Shown: positions 38,473 through 49,908 of the stretch, one piece after another
Numbering within the stretch: position 1 is the first letter of the stretch
Layout: each line of letters opens with the position of its first letter
Assembly (NCBI RefSeq): GCF_004010195.1
Contig: NC_057758.1
Coordinates: forward strand, 5,968,150 to 6,027,363
From: Chiloscyllium plagiosum
Lineage: Eukaryota
Reading direction: 5' to 3'
Length of the DNA stretch: 59,214 bases
Program-made: the position numbers and the translations under genes
Notes under the pieces: generated by a model
Told to the model about the DNA's origin: nothing
Database searches by the model: none
Seen by the model: the letters and a program-made list of their open reading frames with translations, nothing else

Positions 38473-38749
38473 CACAAAGCTGTGCTTCCAAAAGATCTGT
38501 TCTGTCTCTGTATGTGACCTGAGATGCACAGTACTTTGGTTACCACCGATGTGCTCTGTCTCCATGTCTGCCTCAAGGTAGACTGCATTATGATTACCAA
38601 CGACTTGGTCTGTCTCTGCTTTTGAATCCAGATTCACAGCACCTTGGTTACCACTCACCTCCTTATTCTCTACACGTGACTGCAATCCACTGCACTCTTG
38701 ATACTGCTGGTCTGCACTGTTTCTTACACCAGACCCACAACATCATAGA

Positions 38750-39085
38750 TTCATGTAATCCCTACAGTGAGGAAATAGATTCCTTGCATCAACAAGTCCA
38801 GACTGAGCATCTCAGGAGTAACCCAACAAGAAGCATTCCCCTCCCCTATCAATCCACATTTCCATGAACTAATGAACCTAACCAACATATCCCTGAACAC
38901 TACGGACATCTTAGCATGGCCAATTCACCTAATCTTCAGATTGTGCGAGGAAACGGGAGCAGCTGGAGGAGCCCAGGCAGAGGCGGAATGTGCAAACTCC
39001 ACACGGAAAGTTGCCCAAGGTTGTAATCAAACACTGGTCCCTGGCATTGTGATACGGCAATGCTAACCACTGAGACACCGTGATG
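38750..39085 (-). mobile_element. HE1-type SINE inserted in the 54-bp satellite
   Basis: ttagcatggccaattcacct, gaatgtgcaaactccacac and tgctaaccactgag match the antisense SINE. Confidence 0.8.
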
Positions 39086-40139
39086 TTTGGATACCAGAAG
39101 GTATTGATAAGAATGTTGCCAAGAATGGTGTTATTGAGCTTTATGGATGGGTTCTGTGTGTTTTTCTCTGCAGTATCAGAAAAACATCATAATATTTTCC
39201 CATGATCTGCTCTCTCTGTGCATTTGCCTTCAGAACAAAAACATTGTGGTTATCACTGATCTGCTCAGGCTACCTATGTGAAACCAGATTCAGAGCACTC
39301 TATTTCACACTCATCTACTCTACCTCTACCTGTGACTCCAGAACACCAGCACTGTAAATATTATCATCTATACTGTCTTTTCATTCTACTCCAGACCCAC
39401 AGAACAGTATCTACCACTGAACCGCTGTATATAACTCCAGGCCAACTGCATTATGGTCACCACAATCTGCAATATCTCTGCTTTTAACTCCAAACCCATA
39501 GCACTGTGGGCAACACCGATCGTCGCTGTCTCTACATGAGACTCCAGAAGCACAACAGTTTGTTTATAATTAACTTGCTGTCTCTACATGTAACTCCAGA
39601 CCCACGGGCTTGTGGTTACCACTGACCTGCTCCCTCTCTACATCCGCGTCCTGACACACAGCGCTGTGGTTACCGCTTACCTGCTCTGCATCTGCATTCG
39701 AATCAGACCCACAGCAATGTGTTTAATCCAACCTGCGTTTATCTATATTTGACTACAGACTCAAAGCACTGTTATGAATGACCTGCTATGTAACGACAGG
39801 CAGAAAGCACTGGGTGTTCTATTAATCTATTCTGTCTTAATATATGCCGTATGGCCGACGTAATTTCGCTTTGAAATAATCTACTTTCTATCTGCATGTG
39901 ACTCGAGGCACAAAACATGGTGATTACCAATGACTTGCTTTGTCTCAATATGTAACTCCAGACTCAAAGCACCGTGGTTGCCATTGGCCTATCCTGTCTC
40001 TACATTTGAGAGCAGGCCCAAAGCACAGTTGTTCCCAATGACCTGATATCTATCTACACGAGACACCAGTCCACAGCACTTATAGTTACCACTGGTCCAC
40101 GCTTTTTCTGCACTTGATTCCAGACTTACAACACTGCCC

Positions 40140-41750
40140 GTAACACAAAGGATTTGGAAGAAATTTGCCAAGTTTTGAGGGGTTGAGCTTCAGGGAGAGC
40201 CTCAGCAATCTGTTGTTTCTCTTCCCTGGAGCCGATGGGTGACCTTATAAAAGTTTACAAAATCATGAGGGGCATGGATAAGTTGCAAAGTTCATACCTT
40301 TCCCCGACAGTAGAGGAGTCCAAACCTGGAGAGCATTTGCTTAAGGGTGAGAGGGAAAATTGATAAAAGGGGCGTGAGGGGCGACTTTTTTTCACACAGT
40401 ACATGGTGAATGCATGAAATGTCCTGCCAGCGGACGTGATAAACACTGCAACAGTTACAACATTTTAAAAGTATCTGGATGGGCATATGAGCAGGAAAGC
40501 TTGAGAGAGATAAGTGTCAAATGGGAAATAATCGGGTAGTTGGACTAAAGGTCCTGTTTCCCTGCTACACATGTCGGTGATTCTATGACACTGGACCGAC
40601 AGCATTGTGAATACGAGTGATATATTATGGCTCTACATCTGCATGTCAAACCAAATCATTTATATCTATCAGAATTCGCAGAGGTCCCAGTAAGAAACTT
40701 TGTGGACAACCATTAGTCACGGACCTACAGAAAACAAATACCCTTCTACAGTCATCCTCTTCCTTATTTGGAGAACTCAAAAGTGTATCCACGCGTCCAT
40801 GTTACCATGGATCCCATGCATCTTAAGCTTCTGCATGAGTCCACCAGGTGGTTTCTTTTCAAATCACTTACTAAAATCCATGTAAGCAAAATACCCTGCT
40901 CTACCCTTATCGACCATCTTTGTGACCTGCTCAAAACGTCAATTAGGTCAGAAAAACATGACCTGTACTGCACGAACGCACGTTAACTGCCCCTAATCAG
41001 GCCATGCGTTTCCAAATGTATTTAAATCCTATTCCACAGAATTCTCTCCAAAATCTTCTGAAACACCATTGTGAGACTGACTGGCCTATAGTTTCCTGTA
41101 TTACCCCTATTTCCCTTCTTGAATAAAGGAAAAACAATAGCTATTCGCCAGTCGTTCGGGATCTCTTACGTGGTTAGCGATGACACAAAGCTCTTGTTCC
41201 AAGCCGCAACAAACATTTCTCTTCCCTCTCTCAATTCACTGTAAGGAGATACTTTCAAGCCCTGGCAACTTATCCATGTTAATGTTTCTCAAGAGGTTCA
41301 AAACAACATCTTTCTTGATCTCACTGCGCCCTGCCATATCTGTATACTCCGCACATATTTCAATCTCCACCATGTCCTTTTAATGAGTGACTGCCGAAGC
41401 AAAATATTCATCAGTATCTCATCCACAACCTCCGCATCCAAGCACAGGTTCCCCCCATTATCCCTGTGTGGTCCATTTTCTTCCTCGTTATGCTCTTGGT
41501 TTCAATGTTAGCATCGAATATCTTGGAACTTCCCTTTACTCTGCTTGCCTAAGGCATGTCATGGCTCTTTCTTGCTCCTCTAAACCCCTGCTTTAGTACC
41601 TTCCTGCCTTCCTTATATTATTCCAATCGGCCTTTTCCAATTTATAAATTCTAAAACCTACGTATGCTTCTTTTTTCCCTTTCACTCAATTCAGAACTTC
41701 CCTCGTCATCCATATGTCCCTTACATTGCTTTCCTTGCTTTCCATTCATC
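40140..41750. mobile_element. Two CR1-like LINE fragments in the satellite: 40140-40590 (+, 3' end) and 40690-41750 (-, RT N-terminal part)
   Basis: Plus strand 'GDLIKVYKIMRGMDK'. Minus-strand similarity to 20300-21200 (NYRPVSLT-like gactgactggcctatagttt). Confidence 0.8.
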
Positions 41751-43927
41751 TATTACAATATTGTTGTCAATGTCTCGGCAAGTAACTTCAGACAGCAGCA
41801 CTGTGTTTCCCCTGACCTACTCTGTCTCCAGACGCACAGCTCTGTGGTTAACCTGACATGCTCTGTCCTGATGACTGAAGACCTCCAGCACTGCGGTTAG
41901 CACTCAACTGTTCTGCAACTGCATGCGACTCGTGACCAACAGCACTGTCGTATTGCCTGATCTGCTTTTACTCGACATGTGCTTATCAGAGTCCTATCTG
42001 GCTCTGTACGTAGCTTCAGACACAAAACATTGTGTTAAGCACTGGCCTTGTCTCTTTCTACATGTGACACCAGAACTTCCGTGATGTCCTTGCCACTGAC
42101 ATGCTGTGTCTCTTCATATGACTCCTGGTTAAATGTACTGTGGTTCTCATTTACTTGTGTTATCTCTGCATTAAACTCCAGCCCCACAGTACCTTGGTTT
42201 CTATTCTCTGCTCTGCCTCCAAAGGTGAATCTAGATACACAGCAATCTGGTTATTATTGACCTGCTGAGAGTATACATGTCACTGCGAACCCACAGCACT
42301 ATTGTTATAACTGACGTGCTCTGGCTCTGCATGCGACCTCAGACCCACAGCACTATGGTTGCTGTTGATCTGCTATGCCTATACTTATGATGACAGGACT
42401 GCTTTTACCAACACTGAGGTCTGGATGTATTTGTGAATCCAGAACCACAGTTGCATTAACCTACTCTGTCTATACTTCGTGACTTAATGATAACAGCAAT
42501 GCGATAAATACAGACCTTCTCATCCCTTCAATCGAAACCATAGGCACAGCGCTGTGCGTACTACTGGCCTGCCTTGTCCCTATATTTAACTCCAGACTCA
42601 AAACGTAATTATGATCTTGACCCCGTCTGTTGCTGCACGTGAAGACAGATCCACTTCGTCAGCGTTGTCACTGACTGCGAATGGAATGTTGGCCTTTCTT
42701 TCAAATGGAATGTCGCAAATGCCTTCACCAAGCCGTCAAGCAGCACATTCTATTTTGGATCAACTACTGCACCTATGAAACTTATGCACTCTGGTCTTAG
42801 ACATGGCACTCTAGGGAAAGAGATTTTCATAATCTATACGTCTCATAATTTCCCATTCCTCCTCAGTAAATCCAACCTTCCCAGTCACTTGTCATAACTG
42901 AGAACTTCCATTCCAGGTAACATCATGCTGAATCTCGTCTATTATGTCTGAAGTGGAAGCAGGACTTTCCAACAGTGTGGTGAGCAAAGCTACACTCAGT
43001 AATCCCACTATGGTTGATGCAATGATTTATAATTTTGTAAAGTGACTTCCTTGCTTCCAATTTCTAATGACTTAAAAGTGAAATCAATACGTATGCCCTT
43101 CGTATAACTCTGTCTACAGGCGTTCACATCTTCGGAGACCTACTAACTTGCACACCAAGTTTCCATCGTTCCTCAATACGTCCGGGGGCCTAACATACAT
43201 TGTGCACATCCGTACCCTATTAGACTTCAAAAAAGCATCAGCTCACACTTTTTGGGATTAAATGTTTATCTGCCATAGATCTGCGAATTGAACAAATGAG
43301 CATTATCAAACTCAAAACTGAGATTATCTTCCTCACGATCAACAACACTATGGAATTCGAGTCATTTGCAAACTTACTAATTGTCGATTTACTTTCTCAT
43401 CCAAGTTGTGAATGCATAGTCCATATTCAAGAAATAGACATCCATTACTTTAGAGGAAGGAGGTTGCCATTTAAAACGTTGTGAGTGCTTGGAATTCCCT
43501 TTCTCAAAAGTTAAGGGTTGCAAATAGATTAGATTTTGCTTTCAGGCTGATGTCAACATATTGTCGATCATTGACAGGTGAAAATTGCTCAGCAAATGCG
43601 TAAGACATCATAGTTGACGTCCAAAAGAATCAGCCACGACATTTTTGCATAGAAAACCAAAGAACTGGGAATGCTGTAAATCAGAAAGTAAAACAGCAAT
43701 TCCCGGAAAAGTTCAGCAGTCTGGCAGCATTTGTGGATCCAAATCAGATTTAAAGATTCGGGGCGAACTACCGTTCCACAGAACTGTGTTGCCTTTCTTA
43801 GTTCTGAGGAAGGATCACTTGAATCGAAAAGGTGACACTGATTTACCATGACAAATGCTGCCAAATCTGCTGAACGTTGCCAGCTATTTCAGTTGGTCAT
43901 GATCTCATTAAATTGAATTGTATTAAA

Positions 43928-44572
43928 CTGGAATTGCTGATTGGCCTGCTCCGGTTCTTATTTGGTATGTTCGGGTGACCACACATTGTACCCCTGGCAG
44001 TGTCCAAGACCGATAAGTCGCTATTGTACATTGGAAGTTTTGATTTGTTTTCTGCCTACTCAGTGGTTCGTTCACCTCATGATGTAAGCCAAGCTTGGTA
44101 GATATTTCCCTTTGTGTTTGACCAGTGTGGTTCAGAAGTGATGCAACTGACGTTCTCCTGCTTGTAGGCCAACATGACGTGTGCATTTTGTCTCCTTCCC
44201 AGTGCAACTCCCAATTTTCTTTCCAGTCTTTGTGGTCGGAGAGTGATGTATTGGAGATATACAAGCATCCCTCTGTGCGCAAAAGCACGCTTCCCTTCCC
44301 CGAAGTGAAGAGTGGACAATGAGCCAATGACATTGCCTGCGAGCTTCTATTTGTGTCTGTTGGAGCAGAGAATCCTAGAACCTAGGAGACTATCTTCAAG
44401 TCCTTTCAATTTCTATTTGTGTCCCCTTATTGCACTCAAAGGAGCAGCTGTTTTCTGCTCGCTCTGCCCGTGCTCCCCAAAAACTTGTTCACATGAAACA
44501 TATCTGCCCAATACGGCCTTTGCTCTAAAGAAAAAGAAGTTCTGTTTAAGTCCAGCCTCTCTCCGAAGCTAA
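43928..44572 (+). pseudogene. Possible degenerate beta-defensin relic (exon end at 43964; exon 44442-44572)
   Basis: LELLIGLLRFLF-G|GTATGT resembles the intact exon-1 end GLRGRFLYG-G|GTAAGT. A phase-1 acceptor is followed by AAVFCSLCPCSPKTCSHETYLPNTAFALKKKKFCL, which partly matches AIFGCDRIPGSCRQGPCRGNEYIVPNKCFWFYKCCV. Cys4 and Cys5 are absent. Confidence 0.3.
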
Positions 44573-45979
44573 AATTCTCCAGAGAAATGTACAACACAGG
44601 AACAAACCCTTCCGCCATCATGTCTGTGACGATCAGTGTGCTACTCTACTATAATAACATCTACCTTCACATGGTCAAGATCGCTATACAGTTGACATGT
44701 TCATCCGTCTGTCTAATTGCCTGTTACCTTTGCTCTTATATCCAATTTTACCACTTTCCTGGCAGTGTATTCCGGACATCTGCCACCCTCTTTGTAAAAA
44801 CAAACTCTCAAACATTTTCCCCTGTGCCCGATATGAAGCAACATTGCAAACTTGGGTGTTTTATATACTTCTTTCAGATCGCCTCCCAGCATCAAACCTC
44901 GAGGACAAATCATCCAAATTTGTCATAAGGCTTTTGGTGACTCATCATCTCCGATCCAAGCAACATTATGGTAAAACTCTTTCCGAGTACAACACAGGAA
45001 CAAACCCTGCAGTGTGACGACAATCAATGCATCTTACCCATTTTCTGACCACTCCCTTCCTCCCTGTTCCTGGGAAATTGATTTGAAAGTTGCTGACTTC
45101 CACCCATACTGACTCTGTAAACAAACCCTCATCGACGATCATCCTTTGTGCAGCTATAATATTATCGCTGATTAGCTTTGCCAATCATCCATTTCTTTTC
45201 CGCCCCACACACCCAATTCGTTTTGAAACATCTAAACGGTGGAACATCCAACAACTATTCCTGCCTCTTTTGTATTCAATTATCCGTAATGGGCACGAAA
45301 TGACAGTTCCAAGTATTGATCCAGATTTGGAGTTCTGAACGCTCATTCTTGATGCTTCTTGTATTAAAGTAGACACATTTCAACGCATCACACTGACTGC
45401 ACCTTTGCACAATCTAGCGCCTGTCCCTATTTACAGACCCTCTGCAAGCTGTATCTAGTGCATCACTGCCTACTGCAAAATTGCTCCATGGTGCTGTTTT
45501 CACCACTCCTGCTTTTCTAGATTTAACTCTCCCAAAGATCTCTAGCACACCTCCTGTGGTGCCCCTCCAGTTCAGATACAATACATACTTCTAAAGATCA
45601 CATATTTTCCAGAATGTATCCAATACGATACGGAAATTATGGATTTCTGGTAATCGTGTCTACTCTGACATTAAATCATGGCTGATAGGTTTATCATTCC
45701 CATTCCCCCGCTTTCCCCCATAACCATTCTCCTGCTTTCCCCTCAATAATCAGGAAACCATCTGTCTCAAAATTAAGTACACGCAACGACCTAACTTGCA
45801 AAAACGTCTGTGGCAATAAATTCCAATGATTCACCAATCTCTGGCTAAATTCATTTCTCATTTCTCGGTGTTTAAAGTGCTTCCTTTCACACCCAGGCTT
45901 TGCTGTCGGGTCCAATTCTCTCCCATCAATTGAACCATCTTCGCAAAATTCACTCTTATATCTGCCCATTTAGTATTCT

Positions 45980-48260
45980 GCTTCTGCACTGCAGCGAATG
46001 TAAATGCAAATCTCCAAATATCCATCTCTCTGTCACCCTTGTGGGTTTGGGGAAAATGATCAGGATTTTGACCCAGTGAAGAAGGTGGTGAAATTTGGAC
46101 AGAGCCTCTGAAATGCCGAGATAGTGAGATGGGATAATGCTGGGATATTTCAGAGCGTGTGTATAGATGTTAATTATTTAAAGCAGTCAAGAACGCGGCC
46201 TTTGGAATTCTGTACTCATAGCAACGGGGTCTCTCTCGTTGTCTTTTTGTTGGACTATTAGGCTTCCAACAACTCAGCTCCAGGGAGTTAGGACGGACCT
46301 TGTCCAGAAACGCTCCACACAATATCTGGCCTGCGAGTCAGGCAGATATGTCATAAGCAAAACCGACGGACAATGTGTAGTGGAAACAGAATACGGAATT
46401 AAGGACATCAAATCGATGTGAAGCGAGTCGACAATCAAACCAGGTAGTTGCAGTTAGAGAATGTGTGTGTGTGTGTGTATGTGTGTGTGTGTCTGTGTGT
46501 GTCTGTGTGTGTCTGTGTGTGAGAGAGAGTGAGAGAAAGAGAGAGAGATTCATAGCAAATGAGATTGTCTTTGAGCGGCAGAGATACGAATGTAGAGAGA
46601 GTGGCAGAGGTGGAGTAGCAAGGACAACGAAATGGAGAGCACGACAGACAGAGAAGGAAAGACAGAAAGCTAGACAGAGTGAGCAACGAGTCGGGGAGAG
46701 TATGAGTTGCACACAAAGTCACAGATACAAGGGAGACAGAGAGAGTGAGAGGCGGAAAGTGAAAGAGATTGATTCAGTTTATTACACCGAGTAAAACTGA
46801 AACGAGAGAAAGTGAGTGGGACAATGTGAGCAAGGGTGACAAGCGACAGTGAGAGAGTGAGAGAAAAGTATATAGAGAGGCAGTCAGAATGAGAGTGACA
46901 GAAAAAACTGAAGAAAAGGTAGAGTGAAGATCAAAGACAGATTGAGCAACATATTGATGAAAGGAAAATGAATGAAAGAAATGAGGGAGTGAAAGGTAGA
47001 CAGGCAGTGATTCAGAAACAGAGTAAGATAGAGCAGCATAGGTTCCCCACTCACTGGCTGAAGACGTTTCTCCTTATCACTATTCTTAAAGATCTTCCAA
47101 ATACCATCAAGCTGTACTTTAATATCCTATTCTCTCGTGCCAATGAACACATCATCTCAATATCCACTCTGATCAGATCATTCACTATTCTGCTTCTACA
47201 CCATAGGGATTCAAAATATAAAGCTTCGAATAGCCATCTCCCTGTAGCCAGTTGAGATTGGGAAAACGAACATCAGTTGAACCCAGTGAAGGAGGTGATG
47301 AAATTTGCACAGAATCTCTGAAATGCGGATGCAGTGTGCCGGTGAAAGCCCGGGATGTATCAGAGAGTGGGTGCACAATTTACTGATTTCAAGCGGCCAT
47401 GGATTCAGCCGGTGGTGATCCTTCATACCAGGAACGAGGGTGTTCTAATCGCCTTGTTGTGGGTCTGTTCGGTCCAGACCTACTCAGCCCCAAGGGGTTA
47501 GGACGGACCTTGCACAGAATCGTTCCTAACAATATTCTCGCGTCGAACAGCACCACACAAGACAAATCGGCAGACATCGCCCGGTCACTTTAGAGTAAAG
47601 AAGGTGATGCAGCGTATTTCATTCACCGTGTGAGTGCGGAATGTATTTCATAGGAAAAACTGCTGGAAAATATACAAGGGGAGCAGAATCCGGAATCAGA
47701 AACTAAAAATAGTTGTGAAGACAGTAGACAAAGAAACCAGGCAGCTACAACGAGAGAGTGAGAGACAGAGACAGAGACGGAAATTGGGATAAGTGAATTG
47801 TGCGTGTGTTAACTGCAGAGAGGAATGGAGAGAGAGTGCGAGAGACAAGGAGGGACGGATAGTGAAACAGAGAGCGCGACAGACAGGGAAAGAGTGGCAG
47901 AAAATTGGAGAAAGTAAGAAAGGAGAGGGGAAGAGCGAATGGCAGAGAACGTCACAGATACAAGTGAGGCAGTGGGAGTGAGAGGCGGCAAGTGACAGAC
48001 AGTACGACATATTGTTACACGGTAAGTGAAACTGAGGCGACACAGAATGAGAGACAATGTATGTAAGGATGACAAGAGACTGAGAGAGGGGAGAGAATGA
48101 GGTGTAAATAGAAATCATCCTAGATACAGACGAAGTGAGAATGACAGAAAAAGTGACAGAGAGACAGAGTGAAAGACAAACACAGATTGAACAATATATC
48201 AATGAAAATAGAAGGAATGAGAGGAATTGTGAGAGAAAAGAGGGAGTGTAATGCAGACAG
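45980..48260. repeat. Old tandem duplication (~1.1-1.2 kb unit: about 45980-47030 versus 47180-48260)
   Basis: Shared blocks acccagtgaag.aggtg.tgaaattt, ctctgaaatgc, gttaggacggaccttg, gtcacagatacaag, agtgagaggcgg and acagattga.caa.atat. Confidence 0.75.
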
Positions 48261-49908
48261 ACAGGACATAGAAAAGGGGTAAGACATAAAGGGGGTAGCG
48301 AGAGAGTGAGTAGGACAATAAAATGACAGCAGAGTGAGAATGATGAGAAGTTGTGAGATAGACAGACATGAGTACAGGCAAAAATAAAAGAGATAAAGAG
48401 AGCGACAGAGTGAGTAAGCAAGAAAATAGGAAGACAGAAAGTGAGAGTAAGACAGAGTGTGTGAGACGGCAGAGGTAGAGTGAGAGAGAAGTAGAAAAAT
48501 GTTGAGAGTCTGTGAACAAGACAAAAACAAAGTAAGAGACAGAAAGGTGTTGGGACTCTTTGCCGATATTGACAGACTGTTTTTACTGGTCTCTTCCAGT
48601 TACCTGTTTGGAGGTCTCCGCCTTTACTTGACTCATAATGTGTGGTTTTTGGAGACCATTCCTGTGGAACTAGAATTGTAAACGGTGCAAAATTCCCTCT
48701 GTCCTCTGTACACTCCCGGCTTGGAGGAGCTGACAGGAAGAGGAAAAGTATATTCTTCCTCTTCCTTGGATTCATGACCATGTCTCTGTCCAGAACTCTG
48801 CATTGCCACGGAGGCATGCCATCCACACAGGCCATTCGCCACCACATGTGGGCGTGTGAGTGGGGCTTGTCGAGTAGCTGGCTGGCATAGTGAAAGTATA
48901 GTACCCGCTTTCCCAGGAGATGGTAGCTGAGCTTTATTCCAGGCTTCACTCCACTCAGGCCTATTCTTACCAGTAATCCTCCAGTTCCCGTGAGTACACC
49001 ATCTGACAGTGTCTCCTGTGATATTTGCATGCAAAGATTGAAAGGGGGAACAGAAACTGGTTAGTCAGCCAATCAATTCTGTTCCACCATTTGGTCTGAT
49101 CATGGTTGATCTTCTTAAGATAGAGTCATAGAGTAACACAGAATGGAAACAAATCCTTGGGGCCGAAAATGATCCATGCAGACTATGGTGCCCAGTCAGA
49201 TAGATTCAATTGCCTGCATTTAGTCCATATCCGTCCACTCCTTCCCATCCATGTACATATCCCAAAGCTTTTTAAAATATTGATGCTGCACCTGCCTCGA
49301 GCATTTTCTCTTGCATCCCATTCCACATATGCACCACTTTCTGGGTGAAGAGGTTGCCCAACGGGTCTTTTATAAATCTTTCCATTCTCACCTGAATCCG
49401 ATGCCCACTAGTTTACCCAACCCTGGGTAAAAATACAACATGCACTCATTAACACTTCTCAATAAGATCACCCTTCATTCACCTACCTTCCAAGGAATAA
49501 AGTCCGACCTTGGCAATACTTTTCGTCTGACTCTTGTCGACTGGTCTTGGCAACATCCTCTTCATAGAACGAGAGATACAGGCAGAGAGACCAAACACAG
49601 AAATTCGTAAACTAGTGTTGGACCTCAGCCACTGGGACCATTCAATATGACTTTTGCTGATCATTTTCCCTTAGAAAGAAAGACAGAGACAAAATGACAA
49701 AGAGATGCACCCACACAAACACAGAGAGAGAGAGAATCCAAAACACATAAAATAGTAACATGCATAAACCATTCGGCCCCTGACTCCTGCTCCACCCTTT
49801 CACATGACCAGGTCTGGTCCTCTCCTGGAGGGTCAGGCAACCAAACAGATAGACTGGCAAGCAGAGAGAAATTCACACAGGCAGAGAGCGAAAGACCGAG
49901 AACCATGC

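Larger units (their letters stand above)
37750..42660. repeat. Degenerate 54-bp tandem satellite (approximate consensus TGACTCCAGACCCACAGCACTGTGGTTACCACTGACCTGCTCTGTCTCTACATG), interrupted by a gap, a SINE and LINEs
   Basis: Dozens of recognisable units, for example at 39540-39760, 39950-40140 and 41790-42600. Confidence 0.85.

Noticed and set aside
35761..38685. Long ORFs spanning N runs (also 54702-55616)
   Set aside because: Artefacts of translating assembly gaps.
37750..42660. CACAGTG (RSS heptamer) on the minus strand of the 54-bp repeat; CRISPR-like periodicity
   Set aside because: No nonamer at 12- or 23-nt spacing and no V/D/J segments. The units are contiguous with no unique spacers, and the DNA is eukaryotic.
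48642..48890. 'CGTRIVNG', resembling a trypsin-family activation site
   Set aside because: Not followed by the expected P..WPWQ/V.L segment or any catalytic-triad motif.
47696..49030. Longest ORF in the track (444 aa, minus strand)
   Set aside because: About two thirds is the antisense of GA-rich low-complexity sequence (S/L/F/C-rich), which is open only because it lacks stop codons. Only small exon candidates inside it were kept.
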